DNA of 64,000 bases from Dimorphilus gyrociliatus (lineage: Eukaryota; Animalia; Annelida): positions 736,916-800,915 of the forward strand of contig CAJFCJ010000020.1 of NCBI GenBank assembly GCA_904063045.1, in the 5' to 3' direction. Every line of letters begins with the position of its first letter. Within the stretch, counting starts at the first letter, position 1. The notes under the pieces are model-generated. The model had not been told where the DNA came from, searched no databases, and saw only the letters and a list, made by a program, of their open reading frames with translations. The position numbers and the translations under genes were made by a program. Below are positions 48,241 to 62,232 of the stretch, in pieces.

Positions 48241-51200
48241 TTAATCAACATCTTGACGAATAGCATCCATAAAACTCTGATTTTTCTCTTTCATACTTTC
48301 TTGTTGTTTATCATAAGCGTGTTTCTTTTCCTGTTGAGAAAAATTATGATACATTATCAATATTTTAATAATTTTCCTTTATATGGAACTTTTTTTGAAT
48401 AATACATTCTTACTCTTAATTAACTTAAATTAGTGTATTTAATTATTAAAATTTTATCTACGCCATTCTTAATTGTATACAATTGTGATAGTTATAATTA
48501 TGAATAATAAGAAAACAATTGAATTGTGAAGTGTTTCTTATCGGTCCATTTCCAATATTAAGTACGAAATTTCCCGTGTGATTAAACGTTTAATTCGTAT
48601 GCGCATGCGCAATTATTGAAAGTTAATAATAGTGATAACATTCTTTATTTATAAAAATAAAGACAGATAGTCTTACTGTTTTTTTTAAATGTTATTGATG
48701 TTCTATAGTTTTTTATACTGAGAACAAGAATACAGAAATCGATCCTGGTTGAGCATTAAAAATAGCATCGACTATTTAATTTATACTAATCAAAAAAGTC
48801 AAATATTTCTTTAATATTCCTTTATAAATATTAAATATATAGAACTGATATATGAATTGAATAGGCCTTTTAAAATATCATTCAGTGATTACCATCATAT
48901 CATTGTTTTCTTTCTTCCAACGTGTATCCAAGGATTCTGAGACTGTTGTTGTATCCTTTGACTAAATTGTAGATGTTATCTTGATTAATTATAAAAGAAT
49001 TTGTAGCATATAGAAAGAAACGACTTACTGATTGATTTGAATCTGTATCTGAATCTGAATCTGAATCTGCATCTGAAGAGCTTGAGCCTGTATCGTTCTC
49101 TGAATCACTCTCTTTTATTGTCGATAATTTATCTCTACTTTTAAAAAAAAAGGGAATTACTTGATTGCTTTTTATTTAATAGGAATAAACATAAGAGAGA
49201 AAATAGTATTTACTCATTTTCTCTGTCTGGATCTGCTGCTTGTAAATACTTTTTAATGTCATTATGACCATATTCCGCTGCAACGTCTGCAGCAGTTCTA
49301 TCATTACTATCTTTACAATTTAACAGAGTTTTCTCCTGCTGTACAAGCCATTTTACGCAATTAAAGTGTCCGCTAAAAAAATTGATTAAATTAGGTTAAT
49401 TGATTCTCTGTATAAATATATATGACATATATTTTTATTACTGTTTTGCAGCTAAGTGTAAGACTGTTTGATTCTCTCCCAAAGTTGTTCCTGTGAAGGA
49501 GGCGTCTTTTTGAAACAGGAGCTAATGAATAATTAATGTTAAGGTCAATAAAAAATTCAAGGTAAGGACGCGGTTACTATCTTAATTACCTTCAAGATAT
49601 TTGTATGGCCATTTATTACAGCTAAATGAACAGGTCTGTAACCGGTTGGTGAATCCTTCTCAACATCTGCATTATTTTCAAGGAGAAACTTGGTGATGTT
49701 TTCATGTCCTATCTCTGCTGCAATCATTATGGGCGTTTTTCCTTTCTCATCTGTCAAGCTTTAACGAACATTCAAAATTTTATAGGACTATTATTCCAAT
49801 ATCAACTTACTGCAATGTTTCTGAATCGTGTTTAATCCATCTTGTTACTAAATCTACATTTTTATCTCTTATTGCAGAATGTATTGAAGGCTGATTTAAG
49901 ATATCGTCAGCGCTATCTGGGATTGTCTATATATTTAAAATTATAGATAAATTTAGATTTAAGGCTTTATAATAAAGAAAATAAACTTTACACTTTCTCC
50001 TTCATCTTCGGAAGGTTGTTGAGCAACTCTATTACGATTACTTCCTAGTGTCGTTGTTGTTACAGCCACCGTTGTACCATCCGTTTCGTCGGTCTCAGTT
50101 ACTGCTGTAGAACTATTAGTATCCTGAGATGAAACTTTTGCTGAAAAAGAAAGATATAAGTCTGGTTTTTGTGTAGAAAAATGTAAAATTCGTAACTACA
50201 ATTTGTTGCAAGTTTGTCGTTGGTATCTGACTTAGAGGCAGAAGAGGTAGTAGAATTTTCCATAGGTTCTACGCCCGTAGACTTTTCATCTTTTTTAGAG
50301 TCGTCCTTAAATTCAATTGGAATAACTCGAACGTTGTTAGACTCTACTCTTTTAAACTTTTGGTAATTTGATTCTTGAGAGGAAGTGGTATTGCTATCAG
50401 TTTTTGAATCGGTAGCTGATGGACAATTTGACCTCTCTGTCGAAGATTGTTCATCAAGAGGTGCTTCTACAGGTTCGACTTGATCATCTATTGTTCTATT
50501 AGTTGTGGCATCTTCGGTAGTGCTCTCGTTTCCTATTTATTTTACGATTAATAGTTAAATACGGATTGTATATGAAGAAATTGATCAGTGATGTAGGCTT
50601 ACTTGCTGAAATAAAGGGTATGCGGGAAGTTACATATAATTTTCTGTAGGTTTTTTTATCATTGTGTTTTGCGGACAACCAACAATTATTTTCCACTTTA
50701 TACTGAGTCTCTAATTTCATATTTTGAATTAGAACGTTTTCTAATTGCCATTCCGCACCTGCGCAGGAGAAAGGAGTCAATATCACTCCAAAGTAAAGTA
50801 ATCAATTTAGCTTTCTTTAATCGATAATCAACCGATACTTTTCGAAAATTAATGCTGTATATAGATTATTCATTAAAAAGAATTACCTGGTTTTGTGCTG
50901 TCATGTCCTATTCCTATTTTAATAATATGTCCAACATTGGGCGCTTCGAATTCTAATTCATCCTTCTAATTAGTAGTATAAGGTAATTTATAATGTTACT
51001 GTTATAAATTTAAGATGGTATTTACCTGTCCCTGCTTGAAAAGCGGGCCACGTGTTAAACTTGTTAGTTGGATTGGTTTTGTTTTTCCGTTTTCACCATG
51101 AAGGACTAGTTTGATAGGAGCGTTTGTTCCTGATCCTACTATTGGTGATGTTTCAACCTCAATTCTGTATAACACCTTCTCTGCGTTTGGATCAACATCT

Positions 51201-54200
51201 TGTTCAATAGGATCGTAGTCATTAATGAGCTCGGTAGTTGTTTGTGTCTCCGTTGTTGTTGTTGTTGTTGTTGTTGCTTTTGCCTTGCGTTCTCCTTTCA
51301 TTTCTTCCGATAATTCAGGAGAGGAATATTCGTTTCCAATACTTCCGTCTCGCTTAGAAGAATGTTTTGAGTCTGAGGATGACGCATTAGAGGTTAAGGA
51401 ATAGCTTGAGCCAGAATAGGCGCTTCTGCTCTCAGTCGCTTTAGAAGTTATCGATGAATTCGAGTCGGACTCACTATCACTGTAAAGGTCAGTATTGAGG
51501 TTTTCCTCTATAAATAGTAATTTTATATACCTTCTGTCATATGACGCAGAAGACGCAGGTCTTTCAATTGACCTATTTTCTGGAGGAGGTCTTGGAGGGT
51601 ATGCAGACCGTGGTCTTCTATTTTTGTTTTGATCGTCGAAACTTGAGTAACTACTATGTTGACTCTTGGATCGGGAATCTTTCTCATCAGGCTTGAAAGT
51701 TAAATATAATAAAACTATAAAGTAAAATCTCTATTATTCAAAAAGATGCTCAATCTTACCGATTTCTCTTTTATTAAATATTTCCGTCCATGAATATCAT
51801 AAGCGTATTTCATTTTTTGTTCCTTCAAAATAGTAAAACAATATATAGAACCTAAAATTATTGTAATTGAAATTCAATAGAAACCGATTTCTTTTTGTCA
51901 GCGATACTCTCCGGTTTGTTCTCTGCTTCGTCCATGTCTTGAGTTTTTTCCTGGAAATTTAGATTAAAAACACTTTGGTAATTTATTATAAATCGATCTT
52001 TTTTTATTACGCTGGCAACGATGAGCCGAGTAGCAACACTAATTAATCTTTTGGCTTCTCCCCTAGATATTGTTGTAGGTGGAGCACTTCTTAAAACTGG
52101 ATATCCTCCTCTAAGTTTACTGTTAAATAGAGACAAGTAAGGAAATTGTTAGTAAATATTTACAGTAGAATTCTTTGGAATATATTAAGAGGAGCCTGGA
52201 TCTACCTGGAATTTTTTGGTACATTCCTACTAAATCCATTAGGGTGGCTTTGGGGTTTTATAACCATACCTTTCCTTGTTCTCAAATAATATGATGAATC
52301 GAGTTCTAGAGGCTAAAGTTTTATATATATATATATAGATATATATACTTATAAATATTTAATAATTCAAGAAGGAGAGTTAGTTCACTGCACACCTTTT
52401 TAGCAGGTTGATCCTAAATAAAAAAAATGAAAAGAGAAAAATAGTTTATAGAGGGATTACAAGTGTTATGAAAAAAAAAACAACAACACAAGATAAATGT
52501 GCTATTTGTTTGTATTCATAAGATTGATAATAAAGAATAACAACACACATAGATTCATTAATTAATCTGAGTAGTGTGTGTGCTAATAGGGATACAAAAT
52601 ATTATAGTTTAGATATTATACTCCATAGTTGCCGATGAAAGGAGAGATATTATTAGCCGTATAATTTAGAGTTAATCGGTTTATGAGTATTATATCTTAA
52701 TGGGGATGGAGAGGCTATCCCCTATTCTTTTAGTTTGGTTTTCCCTATAATTTTACATATTTAATATCTTACCACGAATGAATATTGCTTCATATAACGA
52801 TTCAATTTCCTTTTTACTATTCTTTCTCGATAAACTAAATCATCGATCTAAAATCAGAAAACAATAATAAGACAATATGAATACTTTAACAATAAAATAT
52901 TATTAGTAAGAATTATGCTCTCTTCCTAATATAATAGCGAAGAGAGGTGGAAGAGCGGGGGGGGAGGTCGAGGGTGGAAACAAAATATTGTTTTTCTATT
53001 AAAAAAAAACCAGAAAAAGCAAGTTAAGCCGTTGTTAAATACATTGTTTACTTTTTTGCAATAAATAGTGTTTCTCTGCCTGTACTAGCTGATGATAAAT
53101 TACAATTCCATATGGGCAATAAAAAAAAAACATGCACAGTATGCTGGAAGACTAAGAAGAGAAGATCAATTTATAACTAATTCATTTATTCGTTTATTGA
53201 TTTATTGTCTCGATTATTTTACATGTTCATAGTTTTTTTTTAATAAAAAAAATTAATTTTATTAAAAGGAAACTCAGAATCTTTAGTAGGAAAGCTACTT
53301 TTTTAAATATAAATAAGCTATATAAACCATATTACAAAGTCTATAGATATACAACATTTATATAGTATATACTGTATATATATATATATATACATCATAA
53401 AAGTTTTGACATAAAATTATTTTACTGTATATCGAAGAGTTTTAGATATTTAATTGGATTTTAATTAATTAGTAGAATGAATTTAAAATACTATTAAAGA
53501 AATGGAACATTTCTTATAGAAGTTATAAGAGAAAATTGAAAGCTAAGAAACTTTGAAGTGTATATTTGTACAAGTTAAATAAACCTATTTTCTATTATTA
53601 ATATACCATATTTACTAGAGTGATCGAGGTGCAAAAAGAAGTTGGTATATAGGTAAAAATCGTTATTTTAACTATAAATATATGAATATAACTTATATAT
53701 ATTTTAATTTATAATGTGATGGAATATAATGGAAACTATTTTCAGCAAATTAGAAAGATGGAGAGTAAAATATGAATAAATTGGTGGGTGTGATGGAATA
53801 TATATATATTAGTATATAAACTAATATAGATAGATATCTATTATATAGTAAAAGTATAATTTTACTGAGAGATATATAATCAATATATAATAAAACCAAT
53901 AAATAAAAAAATAGAGTAATCTCTACGATATACTTGAACACTTTTCTATTTTGTTAAATATCATTAGTAGAGGCGAAAAAAGCTTATTAAATTGCTTGAA
54001 TATTCATTTCTATAGTGATGGTTTATTTTTTTCTTTTTTAAATTAACTAACCCAAAAATTTGTTATAAAAATACCAAAAGTATTAGCTGTCGTCTATTTA
54101 ATTGATTATTCTCTGTCTAAAAATCAATTTGGGATGGTATTTCCTTTTTAGAATGTGTTTACTCAATCAAATCGGTAACGATACTTACTCTTTTAAATTG

Positions 54201-54493
54201 AGTCAATTGTACTCGAACGTCATGAGGGGAAAAGTAGTGCTTCAAAGGTCGGTCGTGCAATCCATCGTATTGTAAAGTTGGCCTCTAAACGAAGCGATAC
54301 ATACCCTTTTGTTATCTTTATCTTGAAAAAATTTTCATTTTCTCGTTTACTTGTTGTATGACTTACCCTTCTTATAGGGGGATGATCAAGTTTTGGACAA
54401 TCTGGCCCTGATAAATCAAATCCGTCTTCTAACCTCTTCAGTTGAAAATAGTGTTTTCTATCATATAAAGTTGCAGTATTAAAGAACAGTCGA
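48241..54493 (-). CDS. Multi-exon protein: FSIP2-like N-terminal motif, PLAT/LH2 domain, S/T-rich linker, ankyrin repeats, acidic tail; 5' end unresolved
   Basis: GFDLSGPDC..QYDGLHDRPLKHYF (54493-54189); PLAT YRIEVETS..SGTNAPIKLVLHGENG...IGHD..GAEWQLENV..CWL (about 51170-50620); ankyrins GKTPIMIAAEIGH, GYRPVHLAVINGH (about 49920-49230). Exon phases that I traced are compatible. Confidence 0.65.
51252..51276. repeat. Coding (GTT)n repeat giving a poly-Thr tract
   Basis: Encodes ATTTTTTTT on the minus strand in ORF 51002-51301. Confidence 0.9.
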
Positions 54494-54905
54494 CTGAGAT
54501 ATTTATTAATACAAACAATTTTTTCGATACAGATTTTATCACATCCTGAGATGTCATGTTACCGCTGGAAGTCTTTTCTTCAGTTATCAAGCAAATTTTA
54601 ACTATCCTCTCAGGTTATAAAATATTAGGACTAAATGGCCTTTCCAATTTCTTTCTATTTTCTAATCTGCCTCAATGTAACTGCTGTCGCTAAGGACTCA
54701 ACAAATAAGATATTGGCAACAGATGTCGTTTGCGGAATATTGCTTTTACATAGCGAGTAGCGACATCTATATTAGCGCAAAAGCTACTTTCTGTAGGTTT
54801 TCGCTATATCTTTCAATAGCTAGGTCACCTTTAACCAAAATAATATTTGTTAGCCAATCTTTCTTAGACCCTAGTGTTCTCCTGGTTGGCGGATTTCAAC
54901 TATTG

Positions 54906-54908
<3 letters not shown>

Positions 54909-54936
<28 letters not shown>
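54909..54936. repeat. (AG)n microsatellite
   Basis: Direct inspection. Confidence 0.9.
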
Positions 54937-54939
<3 letters not shown>

Positions 54940-55862
54940 AATAGAGAAAGCCAATAAGATAATTTGAATCCTCTGTAAATTTTCTTAAAATTTGATATAT
55001 TTACACTTGTTGAATTTTCCACCCAACGTGCTGGCCACATCTGTTCTAATCAAAGTTCGAACGCCTTTTCACATAAATATTTACTAAACCTAATATAAAA
55101 AGCTTGAATAACATAAAACTTAAGGGAAAACTTACGTTCAAAAGTTCAAAAAGAATAGAATATATTTATTTAACAAATTGACGCTAATAAGAAAGTATAC
55201 TATTAAAAACGTATTAACAAAGTAAAATGAGGCACTTTTAAAGCCCTAATACTACTAATATATCAGTAATTCATGCCTTCTCGTATTGTTTTCTTATTTT
55301 TGGCCCCAAAACAAACTCTAGTATATCAAAGAATGTTAAATAAAAATTGTATATTAATGGGCCATAAATAATTGGAATTTTTTTATAGGGTGAAAGTTAA
55401 CGGTACTTTTAAAAGTATATGCAGTATATACTATATATATATATATATATTCAGTATATATATATAAAATATATAGTAGGTACTTAACATTTTCCTTGTC
55501 TTTGTAATTTATATTACCATAAATTCCAGAGATAATTAATATTTATTGTGTTTAAAAGAACGCTTACTTAATAATATGTTCATATTAATTAATATATCCT
55601 GCATATATTTGCATTTTAATAAATATATTCAAATATAATATATAAATAATGTATTCATATTTATTAATATATTCAAATACTTTTAAATTACTTTCTCGGG
55701 TATAGTAAGACTAGTTTATACAACGTATACGTGTGTATGCCGCAAGAGGGCCTTGACTTTAAATCAGCCAACAGCGTTATCTCAATTTCAATTCTCCTAT
55801 CGGACAATTATCCAATCTACCTGCCATTTTATAAAAAGGCATTGAAGAGTTAAAAAGGGGAA

Positions 55863-58800
55863 ATGGACGTTGGTTTAGTTAGTATTCTATTACTAAGTTT
55901 ATTAGTTTTCTCTTCTGGTAAGTGAACTTTGCCTTCTATTTAAACGAAAGAAAAGACAATTGAAAGAGTAATTCGAATTGAATAATTCTTTTAGTAAGAG
56001 ATAACATAGACGTTCATACATACACGCACGCATATATATATATATATATATATATACTTATACAGTATATACATTCTGTATATAAATAATATAAATACAC
56101 TATATATTCTGTATATCTATACATATGTTTTTTATAAATACAGCTTCTATTATATCCGTTCGCTTCAAATGCTGCGAAATAGGAAAAAAGTACTACGAAC
56201 AAAATTTACTTTGCCCCTATCAACTTTTAAACGATACTATGCTTAGGCAACAGTTGATAGATGATAGAGACTTCCAAGTTTGCAGGGTGATAAGTAAGAG
56301 AAGGATACGATAATATTATTCATCTTGGTTTTATATTTTTATTCCCTTTTTCATGATAACTCTTCGTATAGGTCAAGTTTGTTGTATAAAGAATTGGAGG
56401 AAATTTCAATGTTCAGAAGGTAAAGGTATCGCTTATTCTGGTAGAGCTTGCCCTAAATCCTTCTCTAAACCTGAACTATACGAATCAAAGGTAGGGAAAA
56501 TTGAAGTATTCTCGTTGTAGGTTTTCCCGCTAAAAGTTTCTTTGAGATATATAATTCATTTATCGTCTTTTTGTTTACTCTAAAAATATCAAAATGATAG
56601 CAGACGTTTATTTAGAAATATAATGGTCGTATTATTAAGAGCTCTTGTAAAATCTAGTTTAAATGATCATGATGATTTATTATTTTGTTACAGAAATGCT
56701 GCAAATGCTGTCAATTAGGCCTATTGGCTAAAGAAACGTTACGATTAAGTTGCTCACAAATGCAGAGTAAGGTTCCGCATTGCGGTTCAGTCTTCTACGA
56801 ATGCTGTTCGGGAAGAGAAGAACCAGGAATGGGATCTTCACCTGCTCAATGCCCGGCAAACTGTCGCCAAAAATGCGATCAAAGAAGCGGGAAACCTATT
56901 TGCGGATGTTACAAAGGATATAAATTGAATAAGGATAAAGCTACGTGTAATGGTAAAGAGAAACATATATTTATATTTCAACTTCTTTTTCTAATAAAAA
57001 AGAAAATGAATGTTTGTACAGACGTTGATGAGTGTGCGAAAAATCCGTGTAAATCGTTCGAAAGATGCCTAAATACCGTTGGAAGTTACAAATGCGAAAA
57101 GATACCGACAACCACTGGAAAGACTACGAAGATAACTACTACCCTTAAAACAACGACAGCTAGACCTAGTTGTGGTGCGGGATATTTCTACGATGATACA
57201 GAAAAGGATTGCCTAGGTATTTATACAATTTAGGTATTTTATTCAAGTTGGTACGATCATAAAATAACTTAGATAGCGCCATCTATCATTTCGCCCCGGT
57301 AAATATTTACCGTTTAAACATAAAACTATCTCTAGCTTTCAAGTCATTACGTAATCTCAATTTATCAAAGAGAATAGGAAAATTAACTTGCTGTTCACAG
57401 ACATCGACGAGTGCAAACAATCAGATTTACACAACTGCCACGGTGCTTATCAGCGCTGTTGGAACACACCGGGTAGTTTTATTTGTAACTGCCCAAGTGG
57501 ATTCAAGTACCATTCAAAATCTGGTGATTGTGTCGATATAAATGAGTGTGAAGCTCCTCATTTGAATGGCTGTAAGGCTGGTATGAGATGTGAGAACAAT
57601 GTTGGCTCTTACAAATGTCGTAGAGCGGCAGGATGCGGAAGCGGCTATACTCTAGATGAGATTAGCCAGGAATGCTTCGGTAGGCCTATTCCTTCTTCTC
57701 TTATCATCACACTTGATTAGCAGTCTTCCATTTAAATATTTGTAGATATTAATGAATGCGAAGTTGGAACACACGGCTGCATGATTTGGCAGAATTGTAT
57801 AAATTTACTTGGTTCAAATAGTTGCATAAGGAAGAACTGTACAGTAGGATATCGGCTCAATTACAAAACTGGAGAATGTTCTTTAATACCGTGTAATCCT
57901 GGTTATTCTGCCTTAAAAACAGGAAGATGCGAAGACATCAATGAATGTAAAGCATCGAAAAATCCTTGTTCAGAAGGAGAAGAAGAATGTATAAATACTC
58001 CTGGTTCCTTCGTTTGCAAGATTATCCGTACTTGCCCAAAGGGTTTTATATTGGATAACTCGATTACTGAGTTGGACTGCGTCGATTTAAACGAATGTGC
58101 TATTAATGGCTCTATCTGCGAGGATTCTAAAATGAAATGCTTAAATACCTATGGTTCTTATATTTGTGAATGCCCCAGAGGATATGCGAAAAGTGGATCA
58201 TCCTGCGAAGGTTCGGTGAAAAACAAGAAAAATAATAGTTTTATTTATTTTTTGTCCTAACTTTCCCTCTTACTAAAAAAAACGAGATAAAAAAAATAGC
58301 ATTATTTCTTACGTAGATATCAACGAATGCTTGGAAGAGAGGCGTTACTCGGGGCGAATATGCCCCGAAAATTCGGATTGCATCAACACAAAAGGTTCCT
58401 ATTACTGTGAATGTAGAATAGGCTTTGCGAAGAAAAACGATATGTGCCAGGGTAACTTTTCATTTCTTCTATCTCTCTACAATTCTAGTATTTTGCTTCT
58501 GTTTTAATTAAATTTCAAAACTTAAAACAGATGTTGACGAATGCCAGATAGGAGGAAACGATTGCGAGCAACTTTGCTTTAATAGATTCGGGTCGTACGG
58601 TTGCTCTTGTAGGAAAGGATATAGACTAGGAACGGATCGTAAATCTTGTATAGATTATGACGAATGTAAAACTGGTCCCTATCCTTGTTATGGATTATGC
58701 AAGAACAAAGCAGGAAGTTTCGAATGCAGTTGTCCATCCGGTTATAAATTAGATTGGAGTGGTAGAATATGTAAGGATATCGACGAGTGTCAGAGCAGAA

Positions 58801-59375
58801 ATGCCTGTCGTTACAATCAGCTCTGTGTCAACAAGAAAGGTTCGCACACTTGTGTAAGTAAAGTTTGTCCAAGGGGATATTCAAAGAAATTAGCTTATGG
58901 GCGAATTAGCTGTATTAATAGGGCGAGAACGTTTTGCAACAACAGAGGGGGTAAATGTAAAAGGAAGCCATGGAAAGTTGAATATCACTATTCAAGCTTC
59001 GCTGCTGAACATTCAGCCGTTCAAGATGTATTTTCCATTAAGGGTCCTTTCATTAAAAGAATTTCGATTAAATTTGAATTTGGAGTTGAATATTGCCATT
59101 TGAAAAATGGTACTAAATTGGATTTGGCCTCATATTTTAGACTCTACGTGCATCCGAATCGTTCTCACGAAGCTATATTGAAAACTACGAGGCAGTTACC
59201 ATCCAACTCTGAGATATCTATAAAAGTTCTTATGCACAAATATTCAAAACAAAGAGGTCAAGTGGATCGTTATGTTTCCATGGCAGAGCATCATCTCATT
59301 ATGTTCGTTACGAAACTCCCTTGGCCAGTTAGTAGAGTTAATAGAAGAAGACGTAGATACTACGCTCTACACTAG
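55863..59375 (+). CDS. Fibulin-1/2-like extracellular matrix protein
   Basis: Signal exon [18 protein letters not shown], three anaphylatoxin-like CC..C..CC modules, about 11 EGF modules (mostly DxDEC/DINEC calcium-binding type) and a fibulin-type C-terminal beta domain. Confidence 0.88.
56032..56056. repeat. (AT)n microsatellite in fibulin intron 1
   Basis: Direct inspection. Confidence 0.9.
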
Positions 59376-59702
59376 ATGGCAACACTTGAAGATCACCTAA
59401 ATATCAAAAAGATTTTCTACGATTTATTGTACTAAAGCTATGTATTGTACTCTTTATCTATTATTGATGACTTTCAAATAAAATTCTGTAGATAAAAAAT
59501 ATATAGTTGTTTCTGGGAAGGAAGTTTTATTGTTCCTAGCTAAATAGTATTAGCAAAATACTAGGCAACGAATAGCACAAATCAATCAAGATTTTCAATA
59601 AGTATTACTATTCGATTGTTACTAAATTTGGGTGTGCTCTGAAACAACTAAATGAAGAATTTATACTTATAAAAAGCATTTATCGTCTCCTATTATTGAA
59701 AA

Positions 59703-61538
59703 ATGGCTAACAACAAAGGAAATAGTTTAATTTTTTACATGTTCGAATTAAATACAAGCTGTAGAGCTGTATATATACTTATTGAAGAGCTTAACATTGA
59801 AGCTACAATTCAAAAGATCGATATGAGAAAGGGTGAACACTTAACAGACGATTTTAAGCAGGTAAATTTTCAAAAATGAGAAAAAAATATATAAAAGTAT
59901 TTGTTAAATTCATTTGTTTGCCTTTTCATTGAAAAGAATCAGTTTTCAATCCTAGTGCACCTCTAAACCTCATTAGTCTTTCTCTTCGCCCCATTTTCTT
60001 CAACATTTGCGTTGCAAGTTTAAAAAGAGATTGTGGGAAAATCTTATTAAAAGGTTATATATCTAACAACCAGATATTGGGGGAATTCCAGTTATTTTTT
60101 TATCTAATATGCATATAAAAGAGAAATATGAATAATTTATCAAAGAAATAGGTAAAATTAGAACCCTTCAAGATTGTAGAATAGGGGGCTTTTTTAGACA
60201 AGATAAGGAAAAGGGTAAAGGGACAAAACAATTATAAAATAATTTCATAGTTGTGTGCATTACTGTTATATATAATTCATAGTTCAAAAATATCATTATT
60301 AACTGATAAAGAAGTTCCTACATGGGGTATTTCTCTATTATTATTCTCGAAATAGTGTTCAATTTACTATAGCAATGCTATTCAACGTTCATCAAAAGAA
60401 TATAATAAAAATTTGATAAAAATTAAATCTATTTATCCATTTTAATAGAAGAAATGAAATATGCAAATGACTTTTTAGTTATATAAGACAAATAGATAAC
60501 ATAATTTAAATCAATAAAGAGTATTTCAAATATTTAAAAAAAATATATATACATTACACTTTGTAGATAAGTCCTCTAGGACAACTGCCTGTTATGATCG
60601 ATAATGGATTAAAATTAAGCGAATCGTGAGTTACTATTTTAGTAATATTAGGTTGACTTTTATAGTGTTCGAAACTCAGATAAGACAGGAGAGAGATAAA
60701 CTGAGATAGATGCATCATATATAAATTTAAATATATATATATTTATTTTTTTAAAGTTGCTACTATTTAATGCTGATCTGACAAAAAAATAAAAGACAAC
60801 CTTAACATTTTAGTAAACAATTTATTTTGTGCGTTTTTCAACATTCTATGGTTTCTATTGCAGATCGGCTATCTTATGTTACTTGGTTGAACAGTACGGA
60901 AATGAGGAACAACAAAATAAATTAATGGGCATCAACGATATTAAAATAAGAGCAAAGATTCAAATGGCTCTTTACTTTAATGTATCACGTTTCTACAAAC
61001 CTGTCGCAGACTGGTTGGTGCGTGTTCATTATACTATTTACATGCAATACCTTTTCAAATGTCACTATTTTCAATAACTTAGTCGAATATCAACAGTATT
61101 CTTATTAAACATAACATGACGTTACATTATTATTTAACTACGTGACTTGAAATATTTTATCATTTTATGAAAAATTTAAAAGCTTAAAGTTTTCATCTAT
61201 TTGTTCGATAGAGACCTCAAATCTTTAGAGGAAGCCGACCAACTGAAGGAGAATGCCTAAAACTTAAAGAGGCTTTGAGGCAGTTAAACTCTCTTATAAA
61301 GTCGTATTCAAAATACGTAGCCGGAAGTGATGAACCGACTGTAGCCGATATTGCGCTGTTTTCGTCCGTTTCATTCTTGCAAGTTCTCAATTATAACTTG
61401 TTGCAATACAATAGTCTTTGGAATTGGTTGAAACGCTTGAAAAAGAGCTCTTTAGAATTGCCTATTGGAAAGAGTTTGATCTCTTTACAGGAATGGCAGG
61501 AGGAACTAAATGCTAAAAGCAATGAAAACGATTGCTAA
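59703..61538 (+). CDS. Glutathione S-transferase, theta/delta-like, 4 exons
   Basis: SCRAVYIL, KGEHLTDDFKQ|ISPLGQLPVMIDNGLKLSES|SAILCYL, YVAGSDEPTVADI. Confidence 0.88.
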
Positions 61539-62232
61539 ATTTTTTTTTGTAGATAAGAGAAAATTATTATTAAAATGCTAGTTTATCTTTAAAAAATACT
61601 CTTCTATTCTTTATTGTTTTTATAAAGGCATGTACTGCAAATAATTTGCAATAAAGATAATTTCTATAGTTGCTAGATGTTGAAGAATTGAAACAGAAGT
61701 AAAATAGAATGTCCCTGAAAATATTTGCTTATTTTCTTACATTGAAGCGTTTTCAAAAAACCGACCGATTAGGCCTAAAGAATGATGAATCATGCCGAAT
61801 TCGAGAAATAAGAAATAAATACATTTGACATTGTCATTTTTTGATAGTTGAATATTAATTATAATGAAAATTTATCATGTTGGCTAGGAAATTCCTTGTT
61901 TTTTATTGTCTTTGGAAATGTATTTGTGCGATTTATTGCTTTCATATTAATTATCGTATCGGTTTAAAATAACCAATAATAGTTTACCTGTTTATTCTAT
62001 TTATTCATTAATTAGATCATCATATTTAGCAAATAATCAAAAATCTTGCCGATTATAGTACACTTATTATAATCACTGAAATAGTGCAATAATAATAATA
62101 AAATATGAGACGAATAACAAGATCATATAATTAGAAAAGGGACTTTTTAAATCTGTCTGCGCATGCGTGGGTATTTGCATTATAAAATATCTTCTATTGC
62201 TATCACTTCTGCTCTAGCTTGCAATTAGTAAC

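Noticed and set aside
49040-49075. TCTGAA-like hexamer tandem repeat
   Set aside because: Coding Asp-Ser low-complexity tract, not a CRISPR or satellite array.
53145-53154. TGGAAGACTA, identical to the first 10 nt of miR-7
   Set aside because: The match ends there and I see no complementary hairpin arm.
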